Source: Callorhinchus milii (taxonomy: Eukaryota). From it: DNA of 64,000 bases. The position numbers and the translations under genes were made by a program. The notes below the pieces were generated by a model that saw only the letters and a list, made by a program, of their open reading frames with translations, was not told the origin of the DNA and did not search any database. The stretch's first letter is position 1; every line of letters starts with the position of its first letter. The stretch lies in contig NW_024704742.1 of NCBI RefSeq assembly GCF_018977255.1, positions 86,616,001-86,680,000 on the forward strand, read 5' to 3'. Below are positions 23,546 to 37,806 of the stretch, one piece after another.

Positions 23546-26500
23546 ATAAAAAAAAGAAATAAACTGCTGTATTTTTATTTGAGTTGGTTCAATGAAGATT
23601 ACAATTTAAGATGTGGATTTTAAAAAAAATGCACATGTAATAAGTGCAGGTTACATTCGTTATTAAAAAGAACTTGAGGATGAGGTTACCAAGGTTTATT
23701 CACTTAGAACATTTTTGCGATGCAAATAAAAGCAAATGTTAAATATTTATTATTGCAGAACCGCAATTAACTGAGGAACTGACCTGGTAGAGTCACGAGT
23801 CTGGCTGTGTGATAGAACTTAATTAATATCAGTGGAAATACAGAACCACTGACTTGGGCTCGGGAATGATTACGAGGCAGTAATTTAATCAAGAGATTGT
23901 GATGATTGCATAAGCCGCAAAGTGAAGCATTAACCATTTTGCATGGTCTCCGAAACCTCATCTTAGACTGCATGACTGCTTTGAAGGCATTCCGTTGCGT
24001 CTTACTTTTCTCTTAATTTAATATGCTCTGTAGACAATCAAATCTGGGCTGACCGGGGACAGTGCCTATCCATGTATTCAATTACAATGAATTTCAGTTT
24101 CAGGAAGAATACTTGCATTTCCCATTGTAGGATGGATGTTTGTGGTGGTGTAAACTTTTGCAAGTTTATTGAGAAATAACTTGGTTTGATTATCAGAAAT
24201 TCCAAGGCTGGTGCATATTCCAGCCACTTTACCTGGGCTGTTTCCACTCCTCTGATCAGGTTTTCCTCTCGCTTTCCCCTCTGCCAACCAATTATTTGTG
24301 TCAAGACTGTTGATAGATCTAAACGTTCACATTGACTTCCAAATCAATGTTAATTATTTGTAATGCATCACATTTATCCCCTTCCCCTCACTATATTTGC
24401 TCCATAAACCATAGCCGAGCCCGGACCCTGTTTTAGCCTTGGGCTTATTTGGTGCAATGATACAAATACATTACAGGGGAGAAGTCAGTTTGGTTCAATG
24501 TTAAGTATACTTCTTATACTATACTTTTAATTCCAGCTCATGGTCTAAGCCAGTGGTGGCAACTGTTTTGTTTGAAAAGAGAAGGGAGTTTCTCCTAGGG
24601 TCCTGCCATCAATCCTCCAGATAAAATTAGTCATTCACTCTATGATTGTTTGTGGGCACACTGCTGTGTGCAACTGGCTGCTGCATTTCACTCACAGTCA
24701 ATACACTTTACTGTATATCCTGTGAAGTTCATTGAGATGTCTCAATGACATGATAAGGCGCTATATTAATTCAAGGATTAGTATCATTTTAAGGGTAACA
24801 GATGGAGTTTAATGGAATAAATAAACCTTTTCATGCAATAAGGCTTCTAATTTACTATTGCGTTGGAACATCCTAAATAAAATTAAGTTAAAATTGAATT
24901 CCCAATCTCTACCGATCTGCATGATTTATTGCTATGCATTGAGAAAGTGCAAATGTAGAAAAGGAAAACTGAAAATACTTTTTCTAACAACAATCCCCAA
25001 GTTAGGATCTCAGACCAAACATAAATCTTCAGACGCATTTTCTTTCACTGTCTTGCATCCTGGGTGGAGAATTCCCTTGTGTTGGAAAGAACCAAGGGCT
25101 GTAACTTTTTATTGTTGTTGTTGCAGAACCTTTTCTGAAGACTTTTGCTTGACTCCCTCCCTCCCTTCTCTCTCATAAGAACCGATGAATAAAGAATACC
25201 CACTCAATCTCTGAAGTCTGAGTCTGAGCGCTTTTCTGAATTCTTTGTCATCTGTTATCTGCCAGCAGCTTTCCTGCTGTTATGATGGAGCCATCTGGAA
25301 AGCCTGCAGATTTCCTTAATAATAATCCATACTGTAAAGTGGATTGACTGTGTATTTTGTGGGTGAAACGCTCAGCAATGTCCCACAAACAACCACGGAG
25401 TGAGTGACCAATTCTCTGTAGCTCATTGGTTAGAGCACTCGCCTCGCAAGCGAGACAACTGGTTCGATTCCCTTGGGCGAGTTTCCTTACTCCACACGCC
25501 TGATAATAATCCCTCAAGAAAAAAATAATAATTTGGGCACTCAACACCCACCACACCCCACCCCACCCCCATGCATTGGAGTGTCATTTTCGATTTTGTG
25601 ATTCCAAGTCCCGATTTGGGGCTTGAACCCACAATCTTCTGACTCGAGACAAGACAAGAGCGCTACCACTGAGCTAGGCTGACACACATCCTTGGATATT
25701 GGTGTGCGAGTTGTGTGGCTGTTTGTCTTGTGATTCTTTGTTTCCTGGAGAATTACGATTGTATATTGCGACCTGGGGCAGATTGTCACACACTGTGACC
25801 TGGAGCAGATCGTCACATACTGCAACACATTGCTTCAGATCACACTTGCCTCTGATGTTAAACTGCATGACAAAGAAATGACCTCTAGGTGTCCAGTCTC
25901 ACTGCAATGCTGTGCTCAATTCCCATGGTGATTGCATAGCTAAGTGAATCTAGCTGTAATGGTACACTGTATGCTGGAGTCTCTGATCATGCTGATGTAC
26001 CTGGCCTCTACCTGTCCTCTAACTACACTCCTTGTATTCTCAGCATTTTGCTATTCACTTGATGTATGCAGGCACTGAATCTCTTCAGTAAGTAGTAGTA
26101 GCATCATTTGGTTACATACCTGTTTTAAAACCTATTCTTCATGTCTTTATCATAGTTTTTGCTCATGATTTTCATTTTCCCTCTAACCTACTCTCTCCAG
26201 TTTAGTATTCATTTTATCCTTCCACTATTCTCTTTGCATTTACATCTTCTCCGCTGCCTTTACTGAACAAAACTGGTCATTTTGATAATAGTAGTAAAGG
26301 CTTGCCATAGAACATGTCTTTTTCCCCTGGTTGACATGTGCTAAATTACCAGAGGCCTGAAATATCTCACGGTCTTAGCCCTAAAACCATCGACCATCCT
26401 AACATTTGAGATGGTCCTTTTATCCCACAGTGGAATTCAGTCAGAAAAACTGGCTTCGAAATTAAGGCTGAATTTCAGAAATACCAACATAATAAGAAAG

Positions 26501-27059
26501 CCAACAAGGCACAAAGCAGGTTGTATACCTTTAAGATAATGATTAAAAAATGTAAACTGGTTCATTCTGTCAAGAAAGCTGTGGAGGATTTACAGAATGA
26601 ATGTTGACAATTATGTGACTGTGTTATGAATTACTGCTTACGAAGAGAATATGTTATGTGCTATGAAGAGATCAGGAAAAGTAATTAGCAATAACAATGC
26701 TACCTATGACATACTGTCTTCCTCTTGAGGCTATGAGGTTATTTAATACTTACTTAGTTCTCCAAATGCAATTGCAGAGACTGTACTTAACAAAGCCTTT
26801 TTTTTTCAAAGCAAATGTGTACACTTTTTGTGCTTATTAATATTGCTTACACATATCCTTTAAGGTCATGGAAAAGTCAAAATTTCCATGAAACCTATTG
26901 CCAGCTCTCTCAAATTTAATATAGAGGGTGCTGCAGGTCAAACCAGGCTGCAGCAACCTGAGAGACTGCTGGCACTTGTAGTGTAACTGGAGAACCTGAA
27001 GTAGAACATTTCTCATGGTCTTAGCTTCTTGACTGTTGCCTTCAAATTCAGAATGGGGC

Positions 27060-27200
27060 AACATAACATAACGTGTAGGAGCAGGAGTAGGCCATTTGGC
27101 CCTTCGAGCCTGCCCCGCCATTCAATCATGTCTGATCTTCTAATCTATCTCCAGCTAATAACCTAACCCTGCCTTATCCCCATATCCCTTAATACCTTTT
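27060..27200 (-). mobile_element. CR1-type 3' end, heavily truncated
   Basis: aacataacataa...taggagcaggagtaggccatttggcccttcgagcctgccccgccattcaat is a typical reverse-complemented CR1 3' terminus. Other CR1 3' remnants at about 18300-18500, 20810-21010, 43230-43330, 49980-50320, 62610-62750. Confidence 0.75.
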
Positions 27201-27277
27201 GCAGGGTATTAAGGGATATGGGGATAAGGGTATTTCTAAACTTCTGCCTCAATTTTTCCAGATTATATATAATATAT

Positions 27278-27632
27278 ATAATAATAATCCTTGCATTTGA
27301 TAGAGTGTCTTATCCCATCTTCAAGAAGACCTGGGACGTCTTTCCAATGTGAAGGGTGCTATAAAAGTGTAATTTGTTGTTGTTGTCTCCTAGCTTCACA
27401 GCACTGTCGTAGATTGAGTGACCAAATTATTATTATTTTTAATTTTTTGAAGCGATTATTACCCCAGGAAAAGTGATCTACCAATCGACTAACAAACAGG
27501 TTCCTACTTACTGCTGGATAAACAGGCATGTGGAGTAAGGAAACTTGCCTAACGTTTCGCTCTGCCTGGGAATCAAATCCAGGTCCTGTCGTTTGTGAGG
27601 CGAATGGTCTAAACAATATGCTGTGGGACACC
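27278..27632 (-). mobile_element. tRNA-derived SINE (long variant) with a short internal opposite-strand L2 tail
   Basis: Same body as 352-701. About 27333-27385 reads as an L2 tail ending in (TTG)n. Confidence 0.75.
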
Positions 27633-28864
27633 ACCAATGTCACGAAAGCCTTAGAGACGTTATCCAAGATTATTCCTATCAATAAGTTAAATTAAAAATG
27701 AGCTCTCTTTAAAAGGACATTTAGAAATTATAATAATAATTAATAATAATTGCATTTGATATAGTGTCTTATCACATCATTGAGACATCAAAACGTGCTT
27801 CACAGGATATACTATAAAGTGTATTTTGTAGGTGAACACGGCAACCAATTTGTACACAGCAATGTTCCATATCAGTCATGAAGAGATTGATCAATTTTAT
27901 TTGGGGGATTGTCGACAAGGACACCCGGAGAAACTCCCTTCTCTTTGCGAACAGACGGGACCTCATCATTGTCTACTTGCTTTAGTTATATTAACTGGTA
28001 TTCACAAATTGTCTTTGTGCTTCGTACTGTACATTTTCCATCATATGATTAATTTATGGTGATTACCGATTTTGGACTGCAGCTTAAATAATTGAAGAGG
28101 TGTCTGTTCACCTGAACAGAGTAGAATGAAATTAAATATGGTCTGGCCTCCAACCTGAGGAACTGAAGTTTGTTCCAAAATAATGTGTATTAAACTACGA
28201 AAGAAGACTGTAGCTCTGTGACTGATTAATTAAAATAGTTATTTTGGTTGGGAGGTGGTGGCGGGGAAGGGAGAAGAGGAAATGTCCTCGTACTTTTACT
28301 GAGAGAAGCTGAGAGACATAGGAACACATTTGGTAATGGAAAAAGCAATTGTGGCCCAATGGGCCTGCCCATAGTAAGACAAAATAATGCTACATTTACT
28401 CTCACATTTACAAATCTATGTAACTCTTATCTTGCATACCCCTCAATCAATGTTATCTCCAAATAGCTAGCGTATTCCCTATTGAATTTCCTGACACAAT
28501 TTAACACATTTCAGAAAAACAGAACTGGTCTTTCAGGTCAAGTACAAATACATTATTAATCCAGAATATGCAGCCAATTTGCACACCTTGTCGTATCCAA
28601 TTATAGAGACCAAGGGTAACCCACACAGAGCTTTACTTTAACTGTGTGGCTGCCAGCTTACCCACTTAGAAGAGAGGCTGTTGTGTTTGGTGAGCTCAGC
28701 TGGAGCAGTGGTCGTGATGTTACAATTGGCTTTTGTTCTCCTGGGCTAGGAAAGTGAGCTCAGCCAGGTTTCCTGCTCGCTGGCCAGAATCCTCTGAAAG
28801 TGAGTGTGTGTAGATGTCAGATAAGGATAGGATTGGGCTTGGCTGTAATGCCTCCCATGTTAGC

Positions 28865-29338
28865 CCACATAATCACCCGTAGTAAACACTGCGCCCCCAT
28901 CACACCACTTCTAACCAGGCTCCACTGGCGTCCTATCACAGAACAAATCGATTTCAAGATCCTTTCATTCGTCTACAGATCCCTTCATACTTTGACACCT
29001 CCCTCCTTTTTTGACCTGCTTTCTCTCCACTCCCCGCCTCCTCTCAGCTGGCTCTGGTCTCCTACTTGTCCCTCGTCTCCTCCGCTCCACCATCGATGGC
29101 CTGCTTTCAGCCACTACACCCCGAAGCTTTGGAACTCTTACTCCAAATCCTCCACCTTGCCCCCTCCTTTTCATCTTTTAGATCACGACTGAAGGCTTTC
29201 CTCTTCGACCATGCTTACGGTCACCTCATCCCTCCCCCCGGGTCGGCGTCAGTCTCCGCCACTGTTAAGCGCTCCAAGGTGTTGCCCATCATGAAGGGCG
29301 CTATATAAATGCAGGATGTTGTTGTTATTGTTGTTGTT
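28865..29338 (+). mobile_element. 5'-truncated L2 LINE fragment
   Basis: PITPLLTRLHWRPITEQIDFKILSFVYRSLH; AFSHYTPKLWNS; tail GGCGCTATATAAATGCAGGATGTTGTTG. Confidence 0.87.
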
Positions 29339-30931
29339 ACATTTGGCTTCAACCGTCTCTGGTTTAGGGGAAATGAGGCAGGTTTCCTGCTCCTGACCAC
29401 TGGCCATAATTCTCTGAAAGAGAGTGCGTATGGACATAGGGCAAGGGTAGGATTGGCCTTGGCTGTGATGTTTCCCATGTTAGAATAGTCTGCCAGGGCT
29501 CAATGTTCATGCTGACATGTCATGAATAGCCAGGCAGGCGAGGTCTGGATCCCATAGAACTGCACCTACCCCCGTGGTCATGAACCACATCATCCAAGAG
29601 GCGAATGGAAGATGATTTGAGTGGATTCTAAACAAAAAGGTCAAAATGTTGTTTTATCCACGAGGGTTACTGCTCTGTTCACATCCTGTCCTGAACAATA
29701 CAAAGTTTACGAAGAATACATTTTGAGAATCAGCTTTGTAAGTGCAAATGGTTCTGGTGTTTCTGTCTGATCTTCTCACACAGGGAGTCCAAGGGTAACC
29801 CACACAGGGCTATACTGTAACTCTGTATCTGCTAGTGTTTGGTGTTATTGTGGAGTGGTACCCTCTGAGGAAATGAACAAGGCCTGTCGAAAAGATCCTT
29901 TTGTTCTTGTGCAGCAGATATTGTTTCATGGCGATAGTGTTGAGTTTTGGAGGAGTCATGGGCATTTGAAGTGAGTGCAGGGAGTGGGGGTTAATGTGTG
30001 AGCGGCAAAATCTCGGTGATATGAAACCAGACAGGTCAGCCTTCTCCCATTACACACTGCATTGTAAGAACTGAGTGCATCATGACACCAGATAGCTGCC
30101 GACTGGTCCAGTGAGCTGTGTAGATCAGCTAAAGCCAGGGAGGACAGGAGCAGCAGCACCGAGCAAGCGGGCAGACGATCAACAAAGGGCAAGAATAAAA
30201 AACATTGGCTCGCTTCTCACAGAATGGAGAACTTCTGGATGTATCAAGTAGATTATCGAGATAAGGAGGTTTGTCAGGGTGCCTGGATTAGAGGAAACCT
30301 GAGCTGAATATTGCAGGATTTAGATGTTGTGTTTGCTGTGTGTGGTTTTGTTTGGCTCCGCCAGTTTTAAACGTTCCTGCTAAAGTTGGAGATGTCCTGG
30401 TGAGGAAGGCGTCGCTGGGCCATTCTTGCCCTCTGTCCCTCTGCTGTGACCCACTGACGTTTACTGATGGCTTTCGGCTCCTGACTATCTGACGCAGGAT
30501 TCCAGCACTCGCAGCCTGTATTAGATTTGTAAATCACAATAGCCATGTGATCCACATTTGCCTCACAAATAAAACTCCCAATACTTGGGAAGTACTGACT
30601 GCTGTGTTTGAAAAATGTATTGTGTTCGTGTTGGATAATTCAAAATCTAGGTCTGATTAGAACTGGTATTTTATACAGTGCTCTTATGTGACTTGTTTTC
30701 TGCCTGGCCTCCATTTGTACCCCTCTTTCCTCCCTCACCCCCACCCCAATCCTCCCTGCATGTAGTTTGCAAGGTAACAGGAATGTTTTTGTGCTATTAT
30801 AAACTACAGTAAATTTCCCCTCATTGCCCACAGTGTTACGAGCTGAATCGTTTGGTCTGGAGTGATTTGCCCTCAGTACGTAGTAGCACCATGACTCAGC
30901 TTTGACAATATTTTTTCCCCCCTGTCTTTAG

Positions 30932-31036
30932 CAATCTCCATCACCTGGCTCCTCTTCACCCCAGGGTGCAGAGTCATCTGTGCGGTCGCATCAGTCCGAC
31001 ATAAATGATACAGCAGAAACATCAGCAAATCGAGAG
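30932..31036 (+). CDS. APBA1: APBA1 coding exon 2 (QSPSPGSSSPQGAESS...SANRE)
   Basis: Pyrimidine tract + tag acceptor, 105 nt, donor GAG|gtacgc. Resembles SPSPGSSSPLGAESS of mammalian APBA1. Confidence 0.93.
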
Positions 31037-33652
31037 GTACGCACTGTATTGCCAGGTTTTGTTCCTCCTCTTCCCCACTCCCCCCCGAGCTCTATAGCCT
31101 TTACCTCTAACAGAAATAATTTATCGCACTATGTGTGTTCCGCAACGGGATAACTGGACTTTAAGCAATTCCATTTCCTGATAGTCTGTGTTACAAATTA
31201 AAGTTAAGCTTCAGTGCAAGAAGAGTTTCCTATCGATCAATTCTTGGAATAGCTTTTGTGAACGTTTATTGCAGAACAAGTGCAAGTGTTCCTGTTTGTC
31301 GTGCATGTGAGTGGTAAAGTGAGATTCACCACGGGGTGATAATGGAAGGATGGCAACCAGAATTTAAATATTGGTTTTGATCAGCAATGTCAATTTTAAT
31401 TTATTTTGTTTGTTGTAGGATTTTATCCTGCAACGATTGGGTGCGTGTTCATGTTTTTTTCATATTAATAAATGCAGATGGAAATCTGTACCATGTTCTT
31501 GACAGGCACATCGAATAATATTGAGGGGTTGGATTTCCGTATGTTTCGACCCCTGTAGTTTGAGGATTGACTGTCCCCCGAGCATTTTTAAACCGGTTTT
31601 GCCTTTTCAAATTACTTGCCATCCAAATACCTCTACAAAATGTACGCAGAGGATGGGAGGATGAAGTTAGAGCTCTTGCTAACTCTTGCAAATGATCACG
31701 CCTTCTTATGGAGTGCCCCCTCATACTTCATTTATACTGTACGTGTGGCAGTGAATCACCAGGACTGAGTCAGCCATTTGATGCCAATGGAGTACAAATT
31801 GGGCGTGGAGCCAGACCCCCTCCTCCTGACACCAGTTGGAGGAGCTGTACTCAGGAGCAGTGCGATTAGCGTCCAGCGTAGTGTGGTGTCTGACACCGTA
31901 CTGCCCTGCAGGTCAGTGAAGGTTCCCACGATGTTCATTGAACCACAGGGGAATATTCAATAATCTATGTTTTAATGTTGTTCATTCATGTGTTTGGCTG
32001 TTTAATAACGTTGAAATAAAGGAATCGTGTTTGCTTTCATGGCCCCAATTTGATGTGGATCAGGAAGTATAACTCCAACCAATGTATACTTCTGGACTTC
32101 TGCAAGTGAAGACCTATAAGTTGTGTGTATTTGTGTCGTACCTACCGGCTTATAGCATCAGCTGCAGCTGGATCGAAGACAAAGATACATAGATGGGAAG
32201 GAGTGACCGAAGGGCCCATAGACTTGATGCTGCAGATGACAAATAGTTGGTGCAAAGATGGGGAAAGGGCATGTGGCATGAGGAGCACGAGAGAGCCCCA
32301 GAAATTGGGAGCTGGGGGGGAGGAACTTTCTGTATTACACTGACACCAAATCAGAACCTGAAAATGCTATGAAAAACACAGAAAGTCATCCGGCATCTGA
32401 AACCGTTTTACGCATCAGTCAGAGCTTCGAAGCAGGGGTACTTACCTGAAAGCAAAATGTGATGTCCTCGTTCAGATGTTGACCCACCTGCTGCACATTT
32501 CCATCATTTTTTATGTTTTTTTCTTTTTAATCTATAAAATGGAAGTCACGAGTTTACAGCAATAAGTTCCCTGTACTGTTGAACATTTTTCACCCCGTTT
32601 TCCAATGGAGGTATTTCCACCGGTGGTTTTATTGGTTGTTTCACTGAAACCTGATTGTGTTATTGCAAGAGTCAAATCTCACTACGAGCAATAAATGATC
32701 ACAGTCTGTAACAAGCCTTGTTCATCGGCTTGTATGTACTGCAAAAAAAAGCCTATCCAACATCTTACCCTAACCTTGCTTTCACTAACTCCTGCATCAT
32801 TTTACAGATCCCAGAGCGTAATCTAATGTGTGACCTTGTCATAATGATGAGCGAACTAACCAGTGCTTTTACAAGGCTAACTTTTTTTGATATTTCTACA
32901 TGTGCATTCAAACTCTTACTCAGTTAGACGTGGATGGAGAAGCACCGTAGGAACCTTTGTGAAACGTTTGTTAGACTCGATTCAGGAGGCAATTGCTGAA
33001 TTTGTATCTGGTGTTTGGAATGCGATGTATATTTTAAGGGGGCTGGGAGGACGTAGTACTTTCATTCTGTGATTGGACAAAAATTGAAGAGACATTAAAG
33101 TTTTACATCTGGTCATTTCACATATTGTGAAGGATATTCTGACTGGGGAGCTATTTGAATGGAGCTGGTGTCTTTGTGATCTGTACATTTTGAAGCTAGA
33201 ATACTCACTTCCATATCATGATATGGCACAGAAATGGGCCATTCAGCTCAATTAATCCATTGCTGGTAACTTGACACAACAGCAGCGGCCGGTTGCGCTA
33301 GGCTGCAGACCGCATTTGAATGCAAATACCATCGTTTAACCATCGTTGACTGAAAGTTATCCATAGCTTCTGAAGAGTTGCTAACTATCTGAGATCTTTC
33401 AGTGAATCTCATGTGGGTTAGAAGTGGAAGTGGGTTAGTATTCAGTACTTTAGTGGCCCAGTTTCCCGGAAGTGCAAATTTTGCAAATGCCTCTTTAATC
33501 AGTGAGGTTATTATTCTGTGAAAACAAAGAGATTTCTAATGTTGCACGGGTTTGGCTACCAGCATGCTGAATACAATGCTTGTGGTACTGACTGGCTGAT
33601 TTACGTTTCGCATGTGGTGTGGTGTCTGAAGCAGTGTTTGTCTTAATTTCAG

Positions 33653-33692
33653 TCCAGAAAAAGTTTGGCTTCATTTCCAACCTATGTCGAAG
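33653..33692 (+). CDS. APBA1: APBA1 coding exon 3 (SRKSLASFPTYVE + 1 nt)
   Basis: ttttcag-type acceptor (aatttcag), 40 nt, donor AAG|gtaaga. Peptide matches recalled APBA1; its phase 1 end joins the next exon. Confidence 0.95.
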
Positions 33693-36600
33693 GTAAGAGC
33701 TTTTTCAGGCTTCTTTTTTCAAAGTAATTTCAGCAGTGTTTGACTCCAGTTAGCACTATCTTTTCTGGCAAATAATTCTTTATCGGGTTTAATTTTTAAA
33801 GTTGTATCAGCAGATGATTTTAAATTGCTCTTTAGAAGCACAACACAGGTTTTGTAACACATACTTTAGAAACGTGATTTTTCTTTTACGATTCGTGAGT
33901 TGTGCATTGGCTTGAAGTCGCCAATAAGAATGGCAATTGGTTTGTCAATAACAGTGGCACAGCTTATTGGGACTCCGGCCTTACAGTAGTGCAGATTGGT
34001 AGACCACAGGGTGCTTGCATTTTCCCTGTGTGGCATGTCACTCTGTCTTGGCTTCGCTGTTGGAGGCTGAGGCACAGAACAAGTGCAATGTACATCTTCC
34101 TCTTACTTTGTTACCACCTCCCCTCGAAAGACACACCCTCTCCACACACAGACACGCGCCCATACAGTGCAAAGACTCATATAAATTCATCAATGAGCAC
34201 CTTCAAACTCCTGGCTCAAGAGTAACATTGGCAGACACAGGCCTGGGAGCAAGTGGTATGCCCCTCTATTGAATACAACGGCAGGAGGGAAAATCAAATA
34301 CTTTTTTTTGCAATCTTTATAATAATTTAGGAATGCCCTTGTGCCCAAAATAATTGTTTCTGTCAACATGGTGCACAGGAATGAAAGTAAGAGTGTGCCT
34401 CTCAGAAAAATAAATCTGAAAGTGGGAAGGATTAACAGAAGGGAATCAGAACCCTGAGAACGCAGCCCTTGTCCATCTAGATAGCCATGATTTACATGGG
34501 CACACTGAGCCCATGCAGGTATATTGGGACCATGTTCCCGGCCTGTAATCCATCACAGTCATCAGGCATCTGCCAAGGGTGAATGACATGCTTGGGTGGG
34601 GGGGTGGGCGGGGAGTAGGGTGTTGTTTTGTGTAAGATAGACATTTGGGGTGAACATATTTAAAACAAGTCAGGGAACATAAGAGGTATCGGCGACTGAA
34701 AGTGATCCTTAGCTCTTGAAGAGTTGCTAACTATCTGAGATCTTCTGATTTCTGTGAATCTCATGTGGGTTAGAAGTGGAAGTGGGTCAGAATTCAGCAC
34801 TTGTTGGAAGACATGGAGTTGGTGGTTCTGCAAAGCGTTGGTTTGCAACGGGATTTGTTAATAGAGTCTCAGAGTTACTATTGGTGAAACCTGGTGGTTA
34901 CAGCCAATATGACAGCCCCCACTTTTGTGGACTCCGTGATCGGCTTCCAGCACTCCAGAGCAACATCCTGCAAGCTGGCCGGCATGTACTGCCCGCTGAA
35001 GGCACAATTCCCTCCTGCAGCACCATTTTTTATTCCTCTCCTTACTTTCGGGAATAAAATGATCCCCACTCAGCTCTTCTTGACACCTGACCACTGCCCC
35101 CTCTTACCCTTCCCCCGCCCCCACGCAGCTGGGGCTGTTCCATAAGGGAGAGTGCCCTCACTAGCTTGTCTGACTCTAGTGATAGAGTATCTTGTCACCA
35201 TCAATTGCTTTGATCTAGTGGTCTAATTGATAGCTGCCGCACCTCGTCCACTCTTGGAAAACAAGGTTCAGACCCCAGTTTAACATTAGGGTTTGTATTC
35301 TTATCCCTTTCAAATGGTCCCTATTAGCACTGCCAGATTGCTCACGGTGAACTGCAGCACTTTAACTAGAAATGCAGTAAATCTTTAGCATACTTCAATA
35401 ATGTAAGGTTAAAATGTTACAGGGCGGAAGTCATTCAGTGTGGAGCGTATTGTTACAATCACGGCATGTTTAAAATCAAGCCATCTGCATGTTTGAGCTC
35501 TGCGGTTGCCTTGTTCTTGGAAGATGGCTTTAGGACTCCTCATTAGTGGGTAGATTAACTTGTTTCCCTTGTATTTAAATGCTCTGCAGTAAATCACTAA
35601 CTAGATAAGGGGTTTAGCATTCCAACAGAATCTTTTTATTAAATTGCAACTGATATTGCATAGTTCTTTGTTATGCCCACTAAACACACTTTATATTGTT
35701 CTTCAGCGCTGTAGCCATAACCTTGCTTATTTTCCCCTTGTCCTTTGCAAGCGGACATCATTAATACTGACGTGGATTCTGGGATGATATTTCACTGGGC
35801 AACTTGTTATAAAAGTTGTAAAAGTATTCAGAGAATTTGAGAATAATGAGAATTAACAACTCTCAATATTTTTATACCATAAAGAAGAGCATTTGTGGAA
35901 AGTTAGAACAATGTTCCATCTCCAGTGAGTTGCAATAAAGAGAAGCAGTGGCATTTTTTTCTCCCTTACCAGTGAGCTCCTGGGCCATAAGCAATTAGTA
36001 ATTTTTTTCACAAATAAATCTGGTGGTGTTCCTTTAAAACTGTGGCATTAGCTGCTTCAGATTTCCCAAACCACAAATTTGCAATTGGAGGAAGAGGTGG
36101 GAAGAACAGTGGTGCATTGTAGTGTCAGGTTTGTGGTAGGAATGCAATTTCACCATGAACTTATACAGACACTCTTATCTGGCAATGTGCTGTTGAAGGA
36201 ATGTAGGGCACAGTCGTGCACGATTAGCCAAATGATCTTTTTCTCTGTTGAAAGATTCTATGATCACAACAACAACAACAAGATTACATTTGTAAAGCGC
36301 CTTTCACGTCAGGAGGACGTCCCAAGGCGCTGGACAGTGTACAGCATTTCAGACCCGAGCTGGGGTCAGTGGGGAGAAGGGAGGGGAGGGGAAGGGAGGT
36401 GGCCGATGGCATGGTCGAAGAGAAGGGTCTTGAGGCGGGACCACCAGCCATCTTGTTACAATCACCACTCAGGCTGCACCAAGCACATGGTCATGTTGTT
36501 ACTGGCTCTCATCCTCCACTAGGAATGAGAGTGGCAAACAGAATAAGATGGCTTCAACAAAGTGGTTAACTCCACCATTAACTATCCCTGACTTAGGGTT

Positions 36601-36993
36601 AGGAGCAACAGTATCAAATTCAGGATTGAATTAATTGATAATTAAGTCAACAGTAAAGAAATTGTTGGTAATTAAATAACAAATCCTATGTACCATGGGA
36701 TTATTTGTATATTTTCCTTTGGGAACTGTCAGGAGGCTCCTCAGGTCCTAGGTTCATTTAGGGGTAACTAACTGACTTGCAGTTCACACAGTTCTGCTGG
36801 TTGCCGAATTTACCGTCCTTGGCAATGTGTGTCTGTTATCAGATTGCTAATGTTAGCTCAGCCCAAATTCTTCCAAGTTATTTATTGCGTAACCAAAACG
36901 TTAAATGATCTTTTGTCTCAAATGATCTGTCCAAAATCTTTCCAGTGATACTTCTGCTGCTGCTGACGAGAGGTTTTATTTTCTGTTCCGTAG

Positions 36994-37139
36994 TTCCTGG
37001 ACCTTGTGACCCTGAGGACCTTATTGATGGGATCATCTTTGCAGCCAATTACCTGGGATCCACCCAGCTACTCTCAGACAAAACTCCTTCCAAGAATGTC
37101 CGGATGATGCAGGCTCAGGAGGCAGTGAGCAGGATCAAG
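36994..37139 (+). CDS. APBA1: APBA1 coding exon 4, start of PTB domain ([25 protein letters not shown]...AVSRIK)
   Basis: ccgtag acceptor, 146 nt, donor AAG|gtgatg. Mint-family PTB signature. Confidence 0.97.
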
Positions 37140-37806
37140 GTGATGAATCCCTCTGCTGTTTGCGGCCCATGTTAATCATTCTTTTGACAATCCCGTCATC
37201 TGTGGTTTTAGCTACTAACGGGTAAAAGCAAATTTCCAGTTCCCTCTTCAGGAGGCATTCCGAGTTGGTCCAGGCACCGATTTCACTGTCAGGCAATCTT
37301 CGATAATCTCCTCATTCCTAACACGTTTTAAGAGGAAAGATGATGGGGTTGCTATTTTGCTCGTGTACAGTCTGAGGTATCAAAAAATGGCAGGCTCTGG
37401 AGACAGATTAACTATTCTGCTTGCTTGTTCCAATTCACTCCTGCTACATTTTGTAAATTCCTTTTGTAAAATGGTCAGTGTTCTGAATTTTGAAACGTCT
37501 CTTTGGATGTACAGTACTGTGTTTGATAAATTATATGTTTCCTCCTGAAATCTCAGTTGCCAAACAGATTATGTACTGAAAGTGTTTTTTTCCTTCTGTG
37601 TTTGCAGTAACCTCCCTGCAGTCAGTTTATTATCATTGGTAAAAGTATAGGATTTCTGTTCCCTGGTAAATTTTGCAGCTCGGTGTGCTGGCTGAGCCAT
37701 ATTGTAGGGCAGGAGAGAAAGAAGACAAAAATAAATGAAATCATTGCCATGTAAATATTGTAAAATAAATTGATAGGTGTTCTGGAATTGAAGACTATAA
37801 TTTCAA

